From positions 35,871 through 99,870 of the forward strand of contig JAGTSG010000002.1 of assembly GCA_018261655.1 (NCBI GenBank): DNA of 64,000 bases, read 5' to 3'. Source of the stretch: Pseudomonadota bacterium. GTDB taxonomy: Bacteria > Pseudomonadota > Gammaproteobacteria > Steroidobacterales > Steroidobacteraceae. Position 1 is the stretch's first letter, and each line of letters starts with the position of its first letter. This document shows, piece after piece, positions 37,309 through 45,971 of the stretch. Position numbers and translations under genes: made by a program. Below the pieces are notes generated by a model, which saw only the letters and a program-made list of their open reading frames with translations, was not told where the DNA came from and did no database searches.

Positions 37309-39453
37309 TTACTTCCGGCGCCCCGGCCTGGCCTTCGAGGCCGGTTTCGCGGCCGCCTTGCGCTTCGGCGCTGGCCTGCGGCGGCCGGCCGCCGCCTTGT
37401 GCCCGTCCGGGTAGATCAGGATGTTGCCCAGCCTGTCCACCAGCCCGGTGTGCCTGGGCAGGATGACCGTGGTCGAGTCCATCTCCAGGACGATCGCCGG
37501 TCCCCGGATCCGGTTGCCCGCCTTCAGGCGGCCCCGGGCATAGACCACGGCGTTGACGTCCTTCCCGTCCATGTACGATCTCTGCTTGCCGACCGCCGCC
37601 GCCTTCGGGTCCGGGCCGCCGCGTTCGATCTGCAGCGAGTTCAGGCGGATTCCCTTGCCCTGCACCACCGCGCGGAGCGCGACGAACTCGTGCTCGAGCG
37701 GCAGCGCGAAAGTGAACAGGCGACGGTGCTCGTCGTCAAACGGCTCGGAGATCGCCTGCAGGCCCCTCTTCCTCAGGTCGTCGATCCTGACGTCCACGGT
37801 CAGCCGCAGGCCCTGGCCGTGGTAGCGGACGTCGACCTGGTAGCTGCGCTGCATCTCGGCCCGCGGCACCTTCTCGCGCTCGAGCGCCTTCGCGGCGGTG
37901 TTCGACAGCCTGGTGAGGATCTTCTCGATCTCGCCGGCGTCGGTGTCGGAGAACTTGCGGATGAAGGTCCGCGCGGCCTCGTCGCGGACCGCCGTGGTCG
38001 CGTCGCCCAGCGCGCAGAGCACGCCCGGCCCGGGCGGGATGATCGACGGCCAGGAGCCGAGCAGGCGGGACAGCGCGTTGGCGTGCAACGGACCGGCGCC
38101 TCCGAAGGCGATCAGCGCGTATTCGCGCGGGTCGTGGCCCTGTTCGACGGACACCAGCCGTAGCGCGCCGACCATGTTCTCGTTGACGATGTCGTAGATG
38201 CCGAGCGCCGCGTCCTTGCTGGACTTGCCGAGCGCGCCGGCGATCTTCCGGACGGCCTGCTCGGCCAGGTCACGCCGCAGCTCCATGTCGCCGCCGAGCC
38301 GCTGCATCTCGGGCAGGTAGCCGAGGACGACGTTGGCGTCCGTGACCGTCGGCTCCGCGCCGCCGCGACCGTATGCGGCCGGGCCCGGGTCGGCGCCGGC
38401 TGACTGCGGCCCGACGCGCAGCGCCCTGGTCAGTTCCGGCACGTGGGCGATCGAGCCGCCGCCTGCGCCGACCGTGCGGATGTCGACCGAGGACGCGCGG
38501 ACCGTGACGTCGCCGACGGTCGTCTCCCGCCGGAGTTTGGGCTCGCCGTTGTTGATGAGCGCGACGTCCGTCGAGGTGCCGCCGACGTCCACCGTGAGGA
38601 GGTTCGGGAAGCCTGCCTGCAGGGCGACCCACAACGCGCCGGTGACGCCGCCGGCGGGTCCCGACATCAACAGGTTGACGGGATATTCCTCCGCGGAGCT
38701 GGCCGAGGAAAGGCCACCGTCCGAGCGCAGGATGTGGAGCTTGACCGCCCCCGCCTTGGACGCAAGCTTGGTCTGCAGGTTGTGCACGTAGCGTTGCACC
38801 ACCGGCCTGACGTAGGAATTGGCGACGGTCGTCACCGCACGCTCGTACTCCTGCATTTCCGGCACCACCTCGGAGGACAGGGAGACCGGGATGTCGGGCA
38901 TCACCTCCGCGGCGATCTGCTTGATCCGCTTTTCATGCGAGTCGTTGGCGAAGGCATTGATCAGCGAGACGGTGAGCGCCTGGATCTTCTCGCCCTTGAG
39001 CCGGCGCAGCGACTCGCGCAGCGCCGCCTCGTCGAGCGGCCTCACGATGTCGCCGCGCGAACCCACGCGCTCGTCGGCCTCGATGGTGAGCGCCAGGGGC
39101 GCCATGGGCAGCGACTTGTTGTAGATCACCCAGCCGCCGAGGCCACCGGGGACGAAGGACCGCGCGATCTGCAGCACCTGGCGGTAGCCCCGGGTCGTCA
39201 CCAGCCCGACGCGCGCGCCCGAACTGGTCAGCACCGTATTCGTGGCCACCGTGGTTCCGTGCATGACGTGGCTGATCAGCTTCGGGTCGATGCCCGCCAG
39301 CTTGCACACGCGCGCCAGCCCCTTGAGTACGCCGATGGACTGGTCCTTCGGGGTGCTGGGCACCTTCGCGGACCAGGTCTGGCCGCTCCGTTCGTCCACC
39401 AGCAGCAGGTCGGTGAAAGTTCCGCCCACGTCCACGCCAAGTCGGTATGTCAT
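37309..39453 (-). CDS. Hydantoinase A/oxoprolinase-family protein (HyuA-like) with a basic AKP-rich C-terminal tail
   Basis: MTYRLGVDVGGTFTDLLLV N-terminus and a second ATPase motif DVGGTSTDV. Tail KAAAGRRRPAPKRKAAAKPASKARPGRRK. Confidence 0.85.
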   Translation of the reverse strand: MTYRLGVDVGGTFTDLLLVDERSGQTWSAKVPSTPKDQSIGVLKGLARVCKLAGIDPKLISHVMHGTTVATNTVLTSSGARVGLVTTRGYRQVLQIARSFVPGGLGGWVIYNKSLPMAPLALTIEADERVGSRGDIVRPLDEAALRESLRRLKGEKIQALTVSLINAFANDSHEKRIKQIAAEVMPDIPVSLSSEVVPEMQEYERAVTTVANSYVRPVVQRYVHNLQTKLASKAGAVKLHILRSDGGLSSASSAEEYPVNLLMSGPAGGVTGALWVALQAGFPNLLTVDVGGTSTDVALINNGEPKLRRETTVGDVTVRASSVDIRTVGAGGGSIAHVPELTRALRVGPQSAGADPGPAAYGRGGAEPTVTDANVVLGYLPEMQRLGGDMELRRDLAEQAVRKIAGALGKSSKDAALGIYDIVNENMVGALRLVSVEQGHDPREYALIAFGGAGPLHANALSRLLGSWPSIIPPGPGVLCALGDATTAVRDEAARTFIRKFSDTDAGEIEKILTRLSNTAAKALEREKVPRAEMQRSYQVDVRYHGQGLRLTVDVRIDDLRKRGLQAISEPFDDEHRRLFTFALPLEHEFVALRAVVQGKGIRLNSLQIERGGPDPKAAAVGKQRSYMDGKDVNAVVYARGRLKAGNRIRGPAIVLEMDSTTVILPRHTGLVDRLGNILIYPDGHKAAAGRRRPAPKRKAAAKPASKARPGRRK

Positions 39454-39615
39454 GCGTTCACCTGCGTCTTGCTGTGCTGTGGTTCCGCGGCCGGCCCGGC
39501 TAGCCCCGGTCCGCGGCAAGGGAATTCATCGCGCCGTCGCCGCATTCCCGGAAAGTCGGCCGGAGCAGGGTGTCTCCCGCCTGGGTTCGTAATTTGTCTC
39601 CGCCCCGGCACGGCG

Positions 39616-40542
39616 TCACGACACACGCGCCGGGAATCCGCCCGCCTTCACCAGCATGCCCGGCACCGTCCGGCCGATCCGGTCCTGCAGCCAGCGGCCG
39701 GTGGCGATGGTCGCATCGAGGTCGATGCCCGTCGTCACGCCCATGCGCTGCAACATGTAGAGCAGGTCCTCGGTCGGGATGTTGCCGGTCGCCGCCGGGG
39801 CGAAGGGACAACCGCCAATGCCACCCACGCTTGCATCGAGCACGGACGCCCCGGCCTCCACGGCAGCGTAGGCATTGGCGAGGCCGGTATTGCGGGTGTT
39901 GTGGAAGTGGCAGCGCAGCGGCATGCCCGGCAGCACTACCTTGAGCTGGTTCATGAGCTCCGTCACCTGGCTCGGGACGCCGACGCCGATGGTGTCCGCG
40001 ATGGCGATCTCAAACGGCTGGCCCTGGGCCACCTGGCAGGCCACGTCGACCACGCGCCCGACCGGCATCTCGCCCTCGAAGGGACAGCCAAAGGCCGCCG
40101 ACACCGTCACCTGCGGGCGGAGGCCCGCCGCGTGCGCCGCCGCGGCGATGTCGAGCCAGGCCGCGATCGACCCGGCAGTCGTCACGCCCTGGTTGCGCTG
40201 GTTGAAGGTGTCGCTGGCGACGACCGCCATGCCGATCTCGGTGCACCCCGCTGCCGCCGCGCGGTCGAATCCGCGCCGGTTGAGCACGAGGCCGATGTAC
40301 GAGACGCCTTCGCGGCGCGGCAGCGCCTTCAGCACCGCCTCGGCGTCGGCCATCTGTGGCACGCGCTTGGGATTGACGAAACTGGCGACCTCGACGCGAC
40401 GCGTTCCCGCGGCGATGACGCGCTCGATGAACTCGACTTTCGCTTCGGTCGAAAAGACGCTGGGCTCGTTCTGCAGCCCGTCGCGTGGACCGACTTCGAC
40501 GATCTCGACCTGCCGTGCAGCCACGATGCCCCCTCTTGGCAC
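39616..40542 (-). CDS. Hydroxymethylglutaryl-CoA lyase-like (HMGL family) enzyme
   Basis: VEVGPRDGLQNE, CHFHNTRNTGLANAYAAVEAG and GGIGGCPFAP motifs. Confidence 0.85.
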   Translation of the reverse strand: MPRGGIVAARQVEIVEVGPRDGLQNEPSVFSTEAKVEFIERVIAAGTRRVEVASFVNPKRVPQMADAEAVLKALPRREGVSYIGLVLNRRGFDRAAAAGCTEIGMAVVASDTFNQRNQGVTTAGSIAAWLDIAAAAHAAGLRPQVTVSAAFGCPFEGEMPVGRVVDVACQVAQGQPFEIAIADTIGVGVPSQVTELMNQLKVVLPGMPLRCHFHNTRNTGLANAYAAVEAGASVLDASVGGIGGCPFAPAATGNIPTEDLLYMLQRMGVTTGIDLDATIATGRWLQDRIGRTVPGMLVKAGGFPARVS

Positions 40543-40564
40543 GCCGGTGGATTGCAGACTTGAT

Positions 40565-40572
40565 TGTATACA
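40565..40572. promoter_or_regulatory. TGTATACA palindrome (GntR-type operator core), copy 3
   Basis: Part of the 14-nt direct repeat GATTGTATACACGA (40562-40575) in the divergent promoter region. Confidence 0.55.
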
Positions 40573-40627
40573 CGAAGGGCCCCATGCCCAAGCCCGTTAC
40601 GGCTCCTTGACGCGTTTTCGACGCGAT

Positions 40628-40635
40628 TGTATACA
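40628..40635. promoter_or_regulatory. TGTATACA palindrome (GntR-type operator core), copy 4
   Basis: Second copy of GATTGTATACACGA (40625-40638), 63 bp from the first. Confidence 0.55.
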
Positions 40636-40683
40636 CGATCCCGGATCCATCCGACCTTGAACGCCCCGGACCAAGGACCCCTC

Positions 40684-41892
40684 ATGGCCGACCCACGCTT
40701 CAAGAACGGCCCGTTATCCGACCTGCGCGTGATCGAAATGGGTACGCTCCTCGCCGGGCCCTTCTGCGGCCAGATCCTCGGCGACATGGGTGCGGAGGTG
40801 ATCAAGGTCGAGCCGCCCAATCAGGGTGATCCCATGCGGGTCTGGGGCCGGCAGAAGCAGGGCGATCCGTCGCTGTGGTGGCCGGTGGTGGCCCGCAACA
40901 AGAAGGCCGTCACGCTCGACCTCCGCCAGCCCGAGGGTCAGGAGGTGCTGCGTGAACTGGCCGGCAAGGCGGACTTCGTGCTCGAGAACTTCCGCCCCGG
41001 GACCCTGGAAAAGTGGGGGCTCGGCTGGAGCGAGTTGAACGCCATCAATCCCCGGCTCATCATGATCCGCGTGTCCGGGTTCGGGCAGACCGGGCCCTAC
41101 GCGAGGCAGGCCGGCTTCGGCGCCATCGGCGAGGCCATGGGGGGGCTGCGGTACGTTGTCGGCGATCCGTCGACGCCGCCGTCGCGCATGGGCATCTCGA
41201 TCGGCGACTCGCTGGCGGCGACCTTTGCCGCCATCGGCGCGCTGTCGGCCCTTCACTATCGCGAACAGACCGGGCGCGGCCAGGTCGTCGATTCGGCGAT
41301 CTACGAGGCGGTGCTGAACATGATGGAGTCCCTGATCACGGAATACGACAAGACCGGCCACGTCCGGGAGCGGACCGGCGCAATCCTGCCCAACGTCGCG
41401 CCGTCGAACGTCTACCCCACACGCGACGGCATGGTCCTCATCGCCGCCAACCAGGACACGGTATTCGGCCGCCTCTGCGAGGCAATGGGCCGACCCGAGC
41501 TCCCGGCCAGCCCGCGATACGACAGCCACCAGGCCCGCGGCGCGCACCAGAAGGAACTCGACGAGCTGATCGGCGAGTGGACGCGCGGCCTGACGACGCG
41601 CCAGGTGCTCGACCTGATGGACCGCCACGGAGTGCCCTCAGGCCAGATCTATCGCGCGCCGGAGATGCTCGCGGACCCGCACTTCCACGCGCGCGATGCC
41701 ATCGTGACCGTCGATCATCCGCACTTCGGCAAGCTGCGCATGCAGAACGTGGCGCCCAGGCTGTCGGAGACGCCCGGCACCGTCCGGGCCGCATCGCCCG
41801 AGCTCGGCCAGCACAACGACGAGGTCTACCTTGGCCTCCTCGGCATGGCGCGGGAGAGATACGAGCAGCTGAGGGCCAGGAAGGTCATCTAG
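40684..41892 (+). CDS. Family III CoA-transferase (CaiB/BaiF type)
   Basis: LSDLRVIEMGTLLAGPFCGQILGDMGAEVIKVEPP N-terminus is typical of the family. ATG at 40684. Confidence 0.85.
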   Translation: MADPRFKNGPLSDLRVIEMGTLLAGPFCGQILGDMGAEVIKVEPPNQGDPMRVWGRQKQGDPSLWWPVVARNKKAVTLDLRQPEGQEVLRELAGKADFVLENFRPGTLEKWGLGWSELNAINPRLIMIRVSGFGQTGPYARQAGFGAIGEAMGGLRYVVGDPSTPPSRMGISIGDSLAATFAAIGALSALHYREQTGRGQVVDSAIYEAVLNMMESLITEYDKTGHVRERTGAILPNVAPSNVYPTRDGMVLIAANQDTVFGRLCEAMGRPELPASPRYDSHQARGAHQKELDELIGEWTRGLTTRQVLDLMDRHGVPSGQIYRAPEMLADPHFHARDAIVTVDHPHFGKLRMQNVAPRLSETPGTVRAASPELGQHNDEVYLGLLGMARERYEQLRARKVI

Positions 41893-41894
41893 CG

Positions 41895-42536
41895 GTGGAG
41901 TCACTGGAGCAGAACTACGCGCGCGGCGGTTTCAGCCAGCGGCTGCCGCCAGGACGCCGCCCGGCCCTGCTGGTGGTCGACTTCGTGCAGGCCTACTTGC
42001 TGGAACAATCGCCGCTCTATGGCGGCGCGGCATGCGCCGCCGCGCGGGACGGGGCCGTCACGCTGCTCACTGCGGCGCGCCGGGCCCGCGTCCCGGTCGT
42101 CCATACCAGGGTGGAGTACGAGCCGGGAGGCCGCGACGGCGGCATCTTCTTCCGCAAGGTCCCGGCGCTGGCCTGCTTCGAGCGCGGCCGCCACCCCGAG
42201 CTTGCGGCCTTCGCGCCGGGACTGGAACCTGCGCCAGGCGACATCGTCATCACCAAGCAATACGCCAGCGCGTTCTTCGGGACGGGGCTCGCGCCGGCCC
42301 TGACCGCGCTGGGCTGCGACACCGTCCTGATCGCCGGCGTCTCCACCAGCGGCTGTGTCCGCGCGACGGCCGTGGACGCCTGCCAGCACGGCTTCATCCC
42401 GCTGGTCGTGCGCGAGGCCGTCGGCGATCGCGCTTCAGCACCCCACGAGGCCAACCTGTTCGACCTGCAGGCCAAGTACGCCGAGGTCGTTTCCCTCGCA
42501 GAGGCCGTCGGGTACCTCGAAGGACAGGGTCACTGA
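41895..42536 (+). CDS. Isochorismatase-family hydrolase (N-carbamoylsarcosine-amidase-like)
   Basis: Asp in ALLVVDFVQ, Lys in ITKQYASAFFGT and Cys in GVSTSGCVRATA form the family catalytic triad pattern. GTG start 3 nt after the upstream stop. Confidence 0.75.
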   Translation: MESLEQNYARGGFSQRLPPGRRPALLVVDFVQAYLLEQSPLYGGAACAAARDGAVTLLTAARRARVPVVHTRVEYEPGGRDGGIFFRKVPALACFERGRHPELAAFAPGLEPAPGDIVITKQYASAFFGTGLAPALTALGCDTVLIAGVSTSGCVRATAVDACQHGFIPLVVREAVGDRASAPHEANLFDLQAKYAEVVSLAEAVGYLEGQGH

Positions 42537-42582
42537 CGGGCTCCGCCCGCCGGGCCGCCGGGCAGCGCGATTCATGACGCAA

Positions 42583-42614
42583 GAGGGCCGGCATGCACGC
42601 GCACGCCGGCCCTC
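42583..42614. terminator. Hairpin between convergent genes (possible bidirectional terminator)
   Basis: GAGGGCCGGC-N12-GCCGGCCCTC, a 10-bp stem flanked by the direct repeat CATGACG. No clear U tract. Confidence 0.4.
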
Positions 42615-42638
42615 ATGACGATCCTCGCTGCAGCCGGA

Positions 42639-43886
42639 TCAGCCGCCGATCATGTCGTCCCAGAGGTTCGCCACGTTGGCGTTCTTCGGGTTGGCCTTGG
42701 CGGCGGCGGCGAAGGCGGCCTGGGCCTCCTTGGTCTTCTTCTGGTCGAAAAGCGCCACGCCGAGCAGCATCTGCACGTCGTCCTCGCGGGTCAGCTTGCC
42801 CTTCTGGATCGCCCGCTGCGCCGCCTCGACGCTCTTCGCCTTGTCGCCCATCGTGAAGAAGGTCGTCGCCAGCTTGGAGTCCGGGTTTCCGTTCCCGATC
42901 GCCTTGGCCTCGCGCTCCTGCTGGGCGATGTTCGTCTTCATCGCCTCGAGCTGCTGCTTCGCATCCGCGAGCAGGCGGTTGTTCCGGTCGTCCTTCGGTA
43001 TGCCTCCGACCGACATGCCCTTCTCGATGGCCTTGAGCGCCTCGCCGGGGCTCGCCAGGTCAAGCGCCGCGTCGGCGAACTTCCCGTAGTGGTCCTTGGC
43101 CAGCACACCCTTGCGCTCGCCGAGTCGGAACAGGTTGATCATCGCGACGGAGTCGAGGCGCTCCTTCTCGTACTGGCTGACCAGCTGCTCGAAGACGCCG
43201 ACCTTTGGCTGGACCAGCATGAGCTGGTGCAGGGTCTCGACTCGCTTCGGCTCGTTCTTGAGCTCGAAGTACGCTGCGTTGAGCGTCTCGAGCACCTGCA
43301 CCTGCACCTTCACCGGCTTGCCGGCCTTGCGGACGGCGGGATAGGCCTTTTCCAGCGTCGCCGACGCGGCCGAATAGTTCTTGAGCAGGAACTGGGACTG
43401 TCCCAGCATGACCAGGTCATCGGCGGTCGGCGTGCCGCGCGCCCTGATCAGGCGCTCCGTCGCGTCCGCGCACCTGCGGTAGTCACGCTGGGTGAAGTAG
43501 GTCTTCGCGAGCGTGTCGAGCTTGGCGACCTGGTCGCTGCCCTTGACCCGGCCGGTGGCCAGCCGCTCCTCGATGGTGGCCGCGAGGAGGGCGTAATCCT
43601 TCGCGCCGCTGGCCGCCCAGATCATCAGCTCGTTGATGCCCTGTTCCTCCTGGGGTGACAGGGGCGCCTTGGCCTTCGCCTCCTTCAGCGCGCTGATGGC
43701 CTTGGCGAAATTTCCAGCCTTGCCGGCTTCCTGGGCCGCCTGCGCCTTGTCAGCCACTTCCTTGCGCCAGCCGCCGACGGCCTGCTGGGCCTCGGCCGGC
43801 AGTGGAAATGCGGTCACCAGCATCGTGGCCGCAGGAAGCGCCAGCGTCAGCGCCAGCAACGGGGCCTTCAGAATTCGGATGTGCAC
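42639..43886 (-). CDS. Secreted TPR-repeat protein (paralog 2)
   Basis: Signal peptide MHIRILKAPLLALTLALPAATMLVTAFPLPAEA and an Ala/Lys/Leu-rich helical repeat body. Shares SPGEALKAIEKGM and other blocks with the upstream paralog. GTG start with an AGGAG Shine-Dalgarno sequence. Confidence 0.75.
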   Translation of the reverse strand: MHIRILKAPLLALTLALPAATMLVTAFPLPAEAQQAVGGWRKEVADKAQAAQEAGKAGNFAKAISALKEAKAKAPLSPQEEQGINELMIWAASGAKDYALLAATIEERLATGRVKGSDQVAKLDTLAKTYFTQRDYRRCADATERLIRARGTPTADDLVMLGQSQFLLKNYSAASATLEKAYPAVRKAGKPVKVQVQVLETLNAAYFELKNEPKRVETLHQLMLVQPKVGVFEQLVSQYEKERLDSVAMINLFRLGERKGVLAKDHYGKFADAALDLASPGEALKAIEKGMSVGGIPKDDRNNRLLADAKQQLEAMKTNIAQQEREAKAIGNGNPDSKLATTFFTMGDKAKSVEAAQRAIQKGKLTREDDVQMLLGVALFDQKKTKEAQAAFAAAAKANPKNANVANLWDDMIGG

Positions 43887-43945
43887 CTGTTCGTTCTCCT
43901 CGCGTCGTGGGGCCCCGGGGGCACCCGGGCGGCAAAACGGCCGCC

Positions 43946-43976
43946 TTTATACCAAAACTGCCACGGCCGCTGCCAA
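43946..43976 (-). promoter_or_regulatory. Candidate promoter of TPR paralog 2
   Basis: Minus strand reads TTGGCA-N19-TGgTATAAA, an extended -10. The -35 abuts the stop codon of paralog 1. Confidence 0.4.
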
Positions 43977-45269
43977 TCAGCCGCCGCCGGCACCGCCCGC
44001 CTTGCGGTCCGCAAACGCAGACCAGAGTCCTGCGACCCGCCGGACATAGGGGTCGGTCGAGGCCGCCGCGGCCGCTGTGAAGGCCTGTTTCGCCTCGTCG
44101 AACCTGCCGAGCTCGACCAGCGCCGACCCCAGCAGCAGGTTGGCGTCGTCGACCCGCTTGACGCTGCCCTTGGACAGGCCGCGCCGCACCGACTCGACCG
44201 CCTTGTCCCATTCACCCAGGCTGTAGAAGCCCAGTCCGACCTTGACGTCGAGCTCGCCCTTCGGGTCCTTGGCGGCGGTCTGGGAGTCACGCGGCAGGTC
44301 CTTGCGGTCGCGCGCCACCGCCACCTTGGCCTCCTGCAGGATCTCCTGGTTGGACGCGGCCTTCGGAACGACGCCTGTCGTCATGCCCTTCTCCATCGCG
44401 CGCAGCGCCTCGCCCGGGCTGCCGACGACGAGGGCGTGGTCCGCGTACGCAAGGTGTTCGCCGACCGTCGTCAATCCCGTGTCACGGAGTGCCAGCCGGT
44501 AGGCATTCAACATCAGGACACGATCGTTCTTCGAGCCCTGCCCATAGATGGACAGGATCCGCGAGTAGTAGTCGGCCTTCGGATACCGCTTGGTCAGCTC
44601 CTCGAGGTTGCTCAGGCGGCCCTCGGCATCCTTCGTCTCGACGTAGGCGCGGTCCAGCAGCTGGTAATACAGTTCGTCCGCCTTCTCGCCGCGTTCCCCG
44701 GCCTTCGCGATCGCCTTGTTGAGCCACTCGATGCCCTGCACGTTGTCGTTCTGCTGCAGGTACAGCCGGCCGAGCGTCGCGAGGTCCTGGGGATCCGGGT
44801 CTGGCTTGGCGTCGATGAACGCCTTGTAGTGCAGCATCGTCTTGGCGTCGTCATCCTTCTTGCTGTAATACGCCGCCAGGTTCTGGTTGAACTGGACCTT
44901 CTGCTCCGGCGTCGCATAGCCACGCGCGAGCCAGACCTCCAGCGTCTTCATCAACCCGTCGGTGTCCCCGGTCGCCTGCTGCGCCACCAGCCTCCAGTTG
45001 AGAATCAGGCGCCAGTCGTCGTCGGTGAGGTCCGGCAGGGCCTCGAGTTCGGCCACGCCAGCCATGACCTCGGGCCATTTCTGATCGGTGACGGCCTGCT
45101 GGACCGGCCCCGCCTTCTTGCGGAACTCCTTGCTGAAGTTCGGCTGGTTCTCCTGGGCGACCGGTTCTTCCTTCTTCTTGGCCGCCTCGGCCGCCGGCGG
45201 GACCGCGGCCAGCGCGAGAACGGCGGCGAACCCGGCCACCATGACAGTCATCCTGCTGGAAAGAGACAT
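43977..45269 (-). CDS. Secreted TPR-repeat protein (paralog 1)
   Basis: Signal peptide MSLSSRMTVMVAGFAAVLALAAVPPAAEA and a helical-repeat body containing SPGEALRAMEKGM. ATG at 45269 with a GAGG Shine-Dalgarno sequence. Confidence 0.75.
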   Translation of the reverse strand: MSLSSRMTVMVAGFAAVLALAAVPPAAEAAKKKEEPVAQENQPNFSKEFRKKAGPVQQAVTDQKWPEVMAGVAELEALPDLTDDDWRLILNWRLVAQQATGDTDGLMKTLEVWLARGYATPEQKVQFNQNLAAYYSKKDDDAKTMLHYKAFIDAKPDPDPQDLATLGRLYLQQNDNVQGIEWLNKAIAKAGERGEKADELYYQLLDRAYVETKDAEGRLSNLEELTKRYPKADYYSRILSIYGQGSKNDRVLMLNAYRLALRDTGLTTVGEHLAYADHALVVGSPGEALRAMEKGMTTGVVPKAASNQEILQEAKVAVARDRKDLPRDSQTAAKDPKGELDVKVGLGFYSLGEWDKAVESVRRGLSKGSVKRVDDANLLLGSALVELGRFDEAKQAFTAAAAASTDPYVRRVAGLWSAFADRKAGGAGGG

Positions 45270-45333
45270 GCGTTTACCTCTGCGAATCGGGCTCCGCCGA
45301 CCGGACTCGCCGGGGAGCATTCATGAACCGCGA

Positions 45334-45362
45334 TTTATACCCCAGTTCGTGCTTTCCTGTCT
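45334..45362 (-). promoter_or_regulatory. Candidate promoter of TPR paralog 1
   Basis: Minus strand reads AGACAG-N17-TATAAA. The AT-rich hexamer stands out against the GC-rich background. Confidence 0.35.
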
Positions 45363-45483
45363 CTCCTGGCGCCCGTGATCTAATGACCGCCGGCCATCGA
45401 TGCGGGTTCCGCTGCGGCGGCCCCGGGCCACGAAATTACGGGTGTTCAGCAGCCGTTCAGCAGCCGCACCGGGGGTTCTGGAC

Positions 45484-45515
45484 CGCAAAAGAACGGGGCC
45501 CGCATAGCGGGCCCC
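45484..45515 (-). terminator. Intrinsic terminator after exbD
   Basis: GGGGCCCGC-ata-GCGGGCCCC followed on the minus strand by GTTCTTTTG. Confidence 0.65.
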
Positions 45516-45545
45516 GCGAGTCGGGATATTTGCGTCGGCCGCGCC

Positions 45546-45968
45546 TCAGCCGCCGCCCCCGGCGGGGGGCTCGGCGATGAATCCGACCTTCATCATGCCG
45601 CCACGCTGCAGCTGGTACAGCACGCCTGCCACGTATTCGTAGCGCACGCGCTTGTCCGCCCGGATGTGGATCTCCGGCTGCGGATCCTTCACCGCTTCCT
45701 GCAGCACGTAGTTCAGCAGCGTCTCCCTGTCGACCATGATCTCGTTCCAGTAGATCGTGCCATCGAAGTCGACCGACAGGTTGATGTTCTCCGGCTTCGT
45801 CACGGTCGGCTGGTTGACTTCCTTGGGCAGGTCGATCTTGACGCCGCTCGTGATCACCGGAATGGTGATGATGAAGATGATGAGCAGCACCAGCATGACG
45901 TCGACCATCGGAACGACGTTCGGCTCGACCATCGGTTCCTGGCTGTCACCGCCAACTGCAACGGCCAT
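45546..45968 (-). CDS. exbD: Biopolymer transport protein ExbD/TolR
   Basis: EPNVVPMVDVMLVLLIIFIIT TM motif, 140 aa, immediately after exbB. Confidence 0.9.
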   Translation of the reverse strand: MAVAVGGDSQEPMVEPNVVPMVDVMLVLLIIFIITIPVITSGVKIDLPKEVNQPTVTKPENINLSVDFDGTIYWNEIMVDRETLLNYVLQEAVKDPQPEIHIRADKRVRYEYVAGVLYQLQRGGMMKVGFIAEPPAGGGG

Positions 45969-45971
45969 GGC

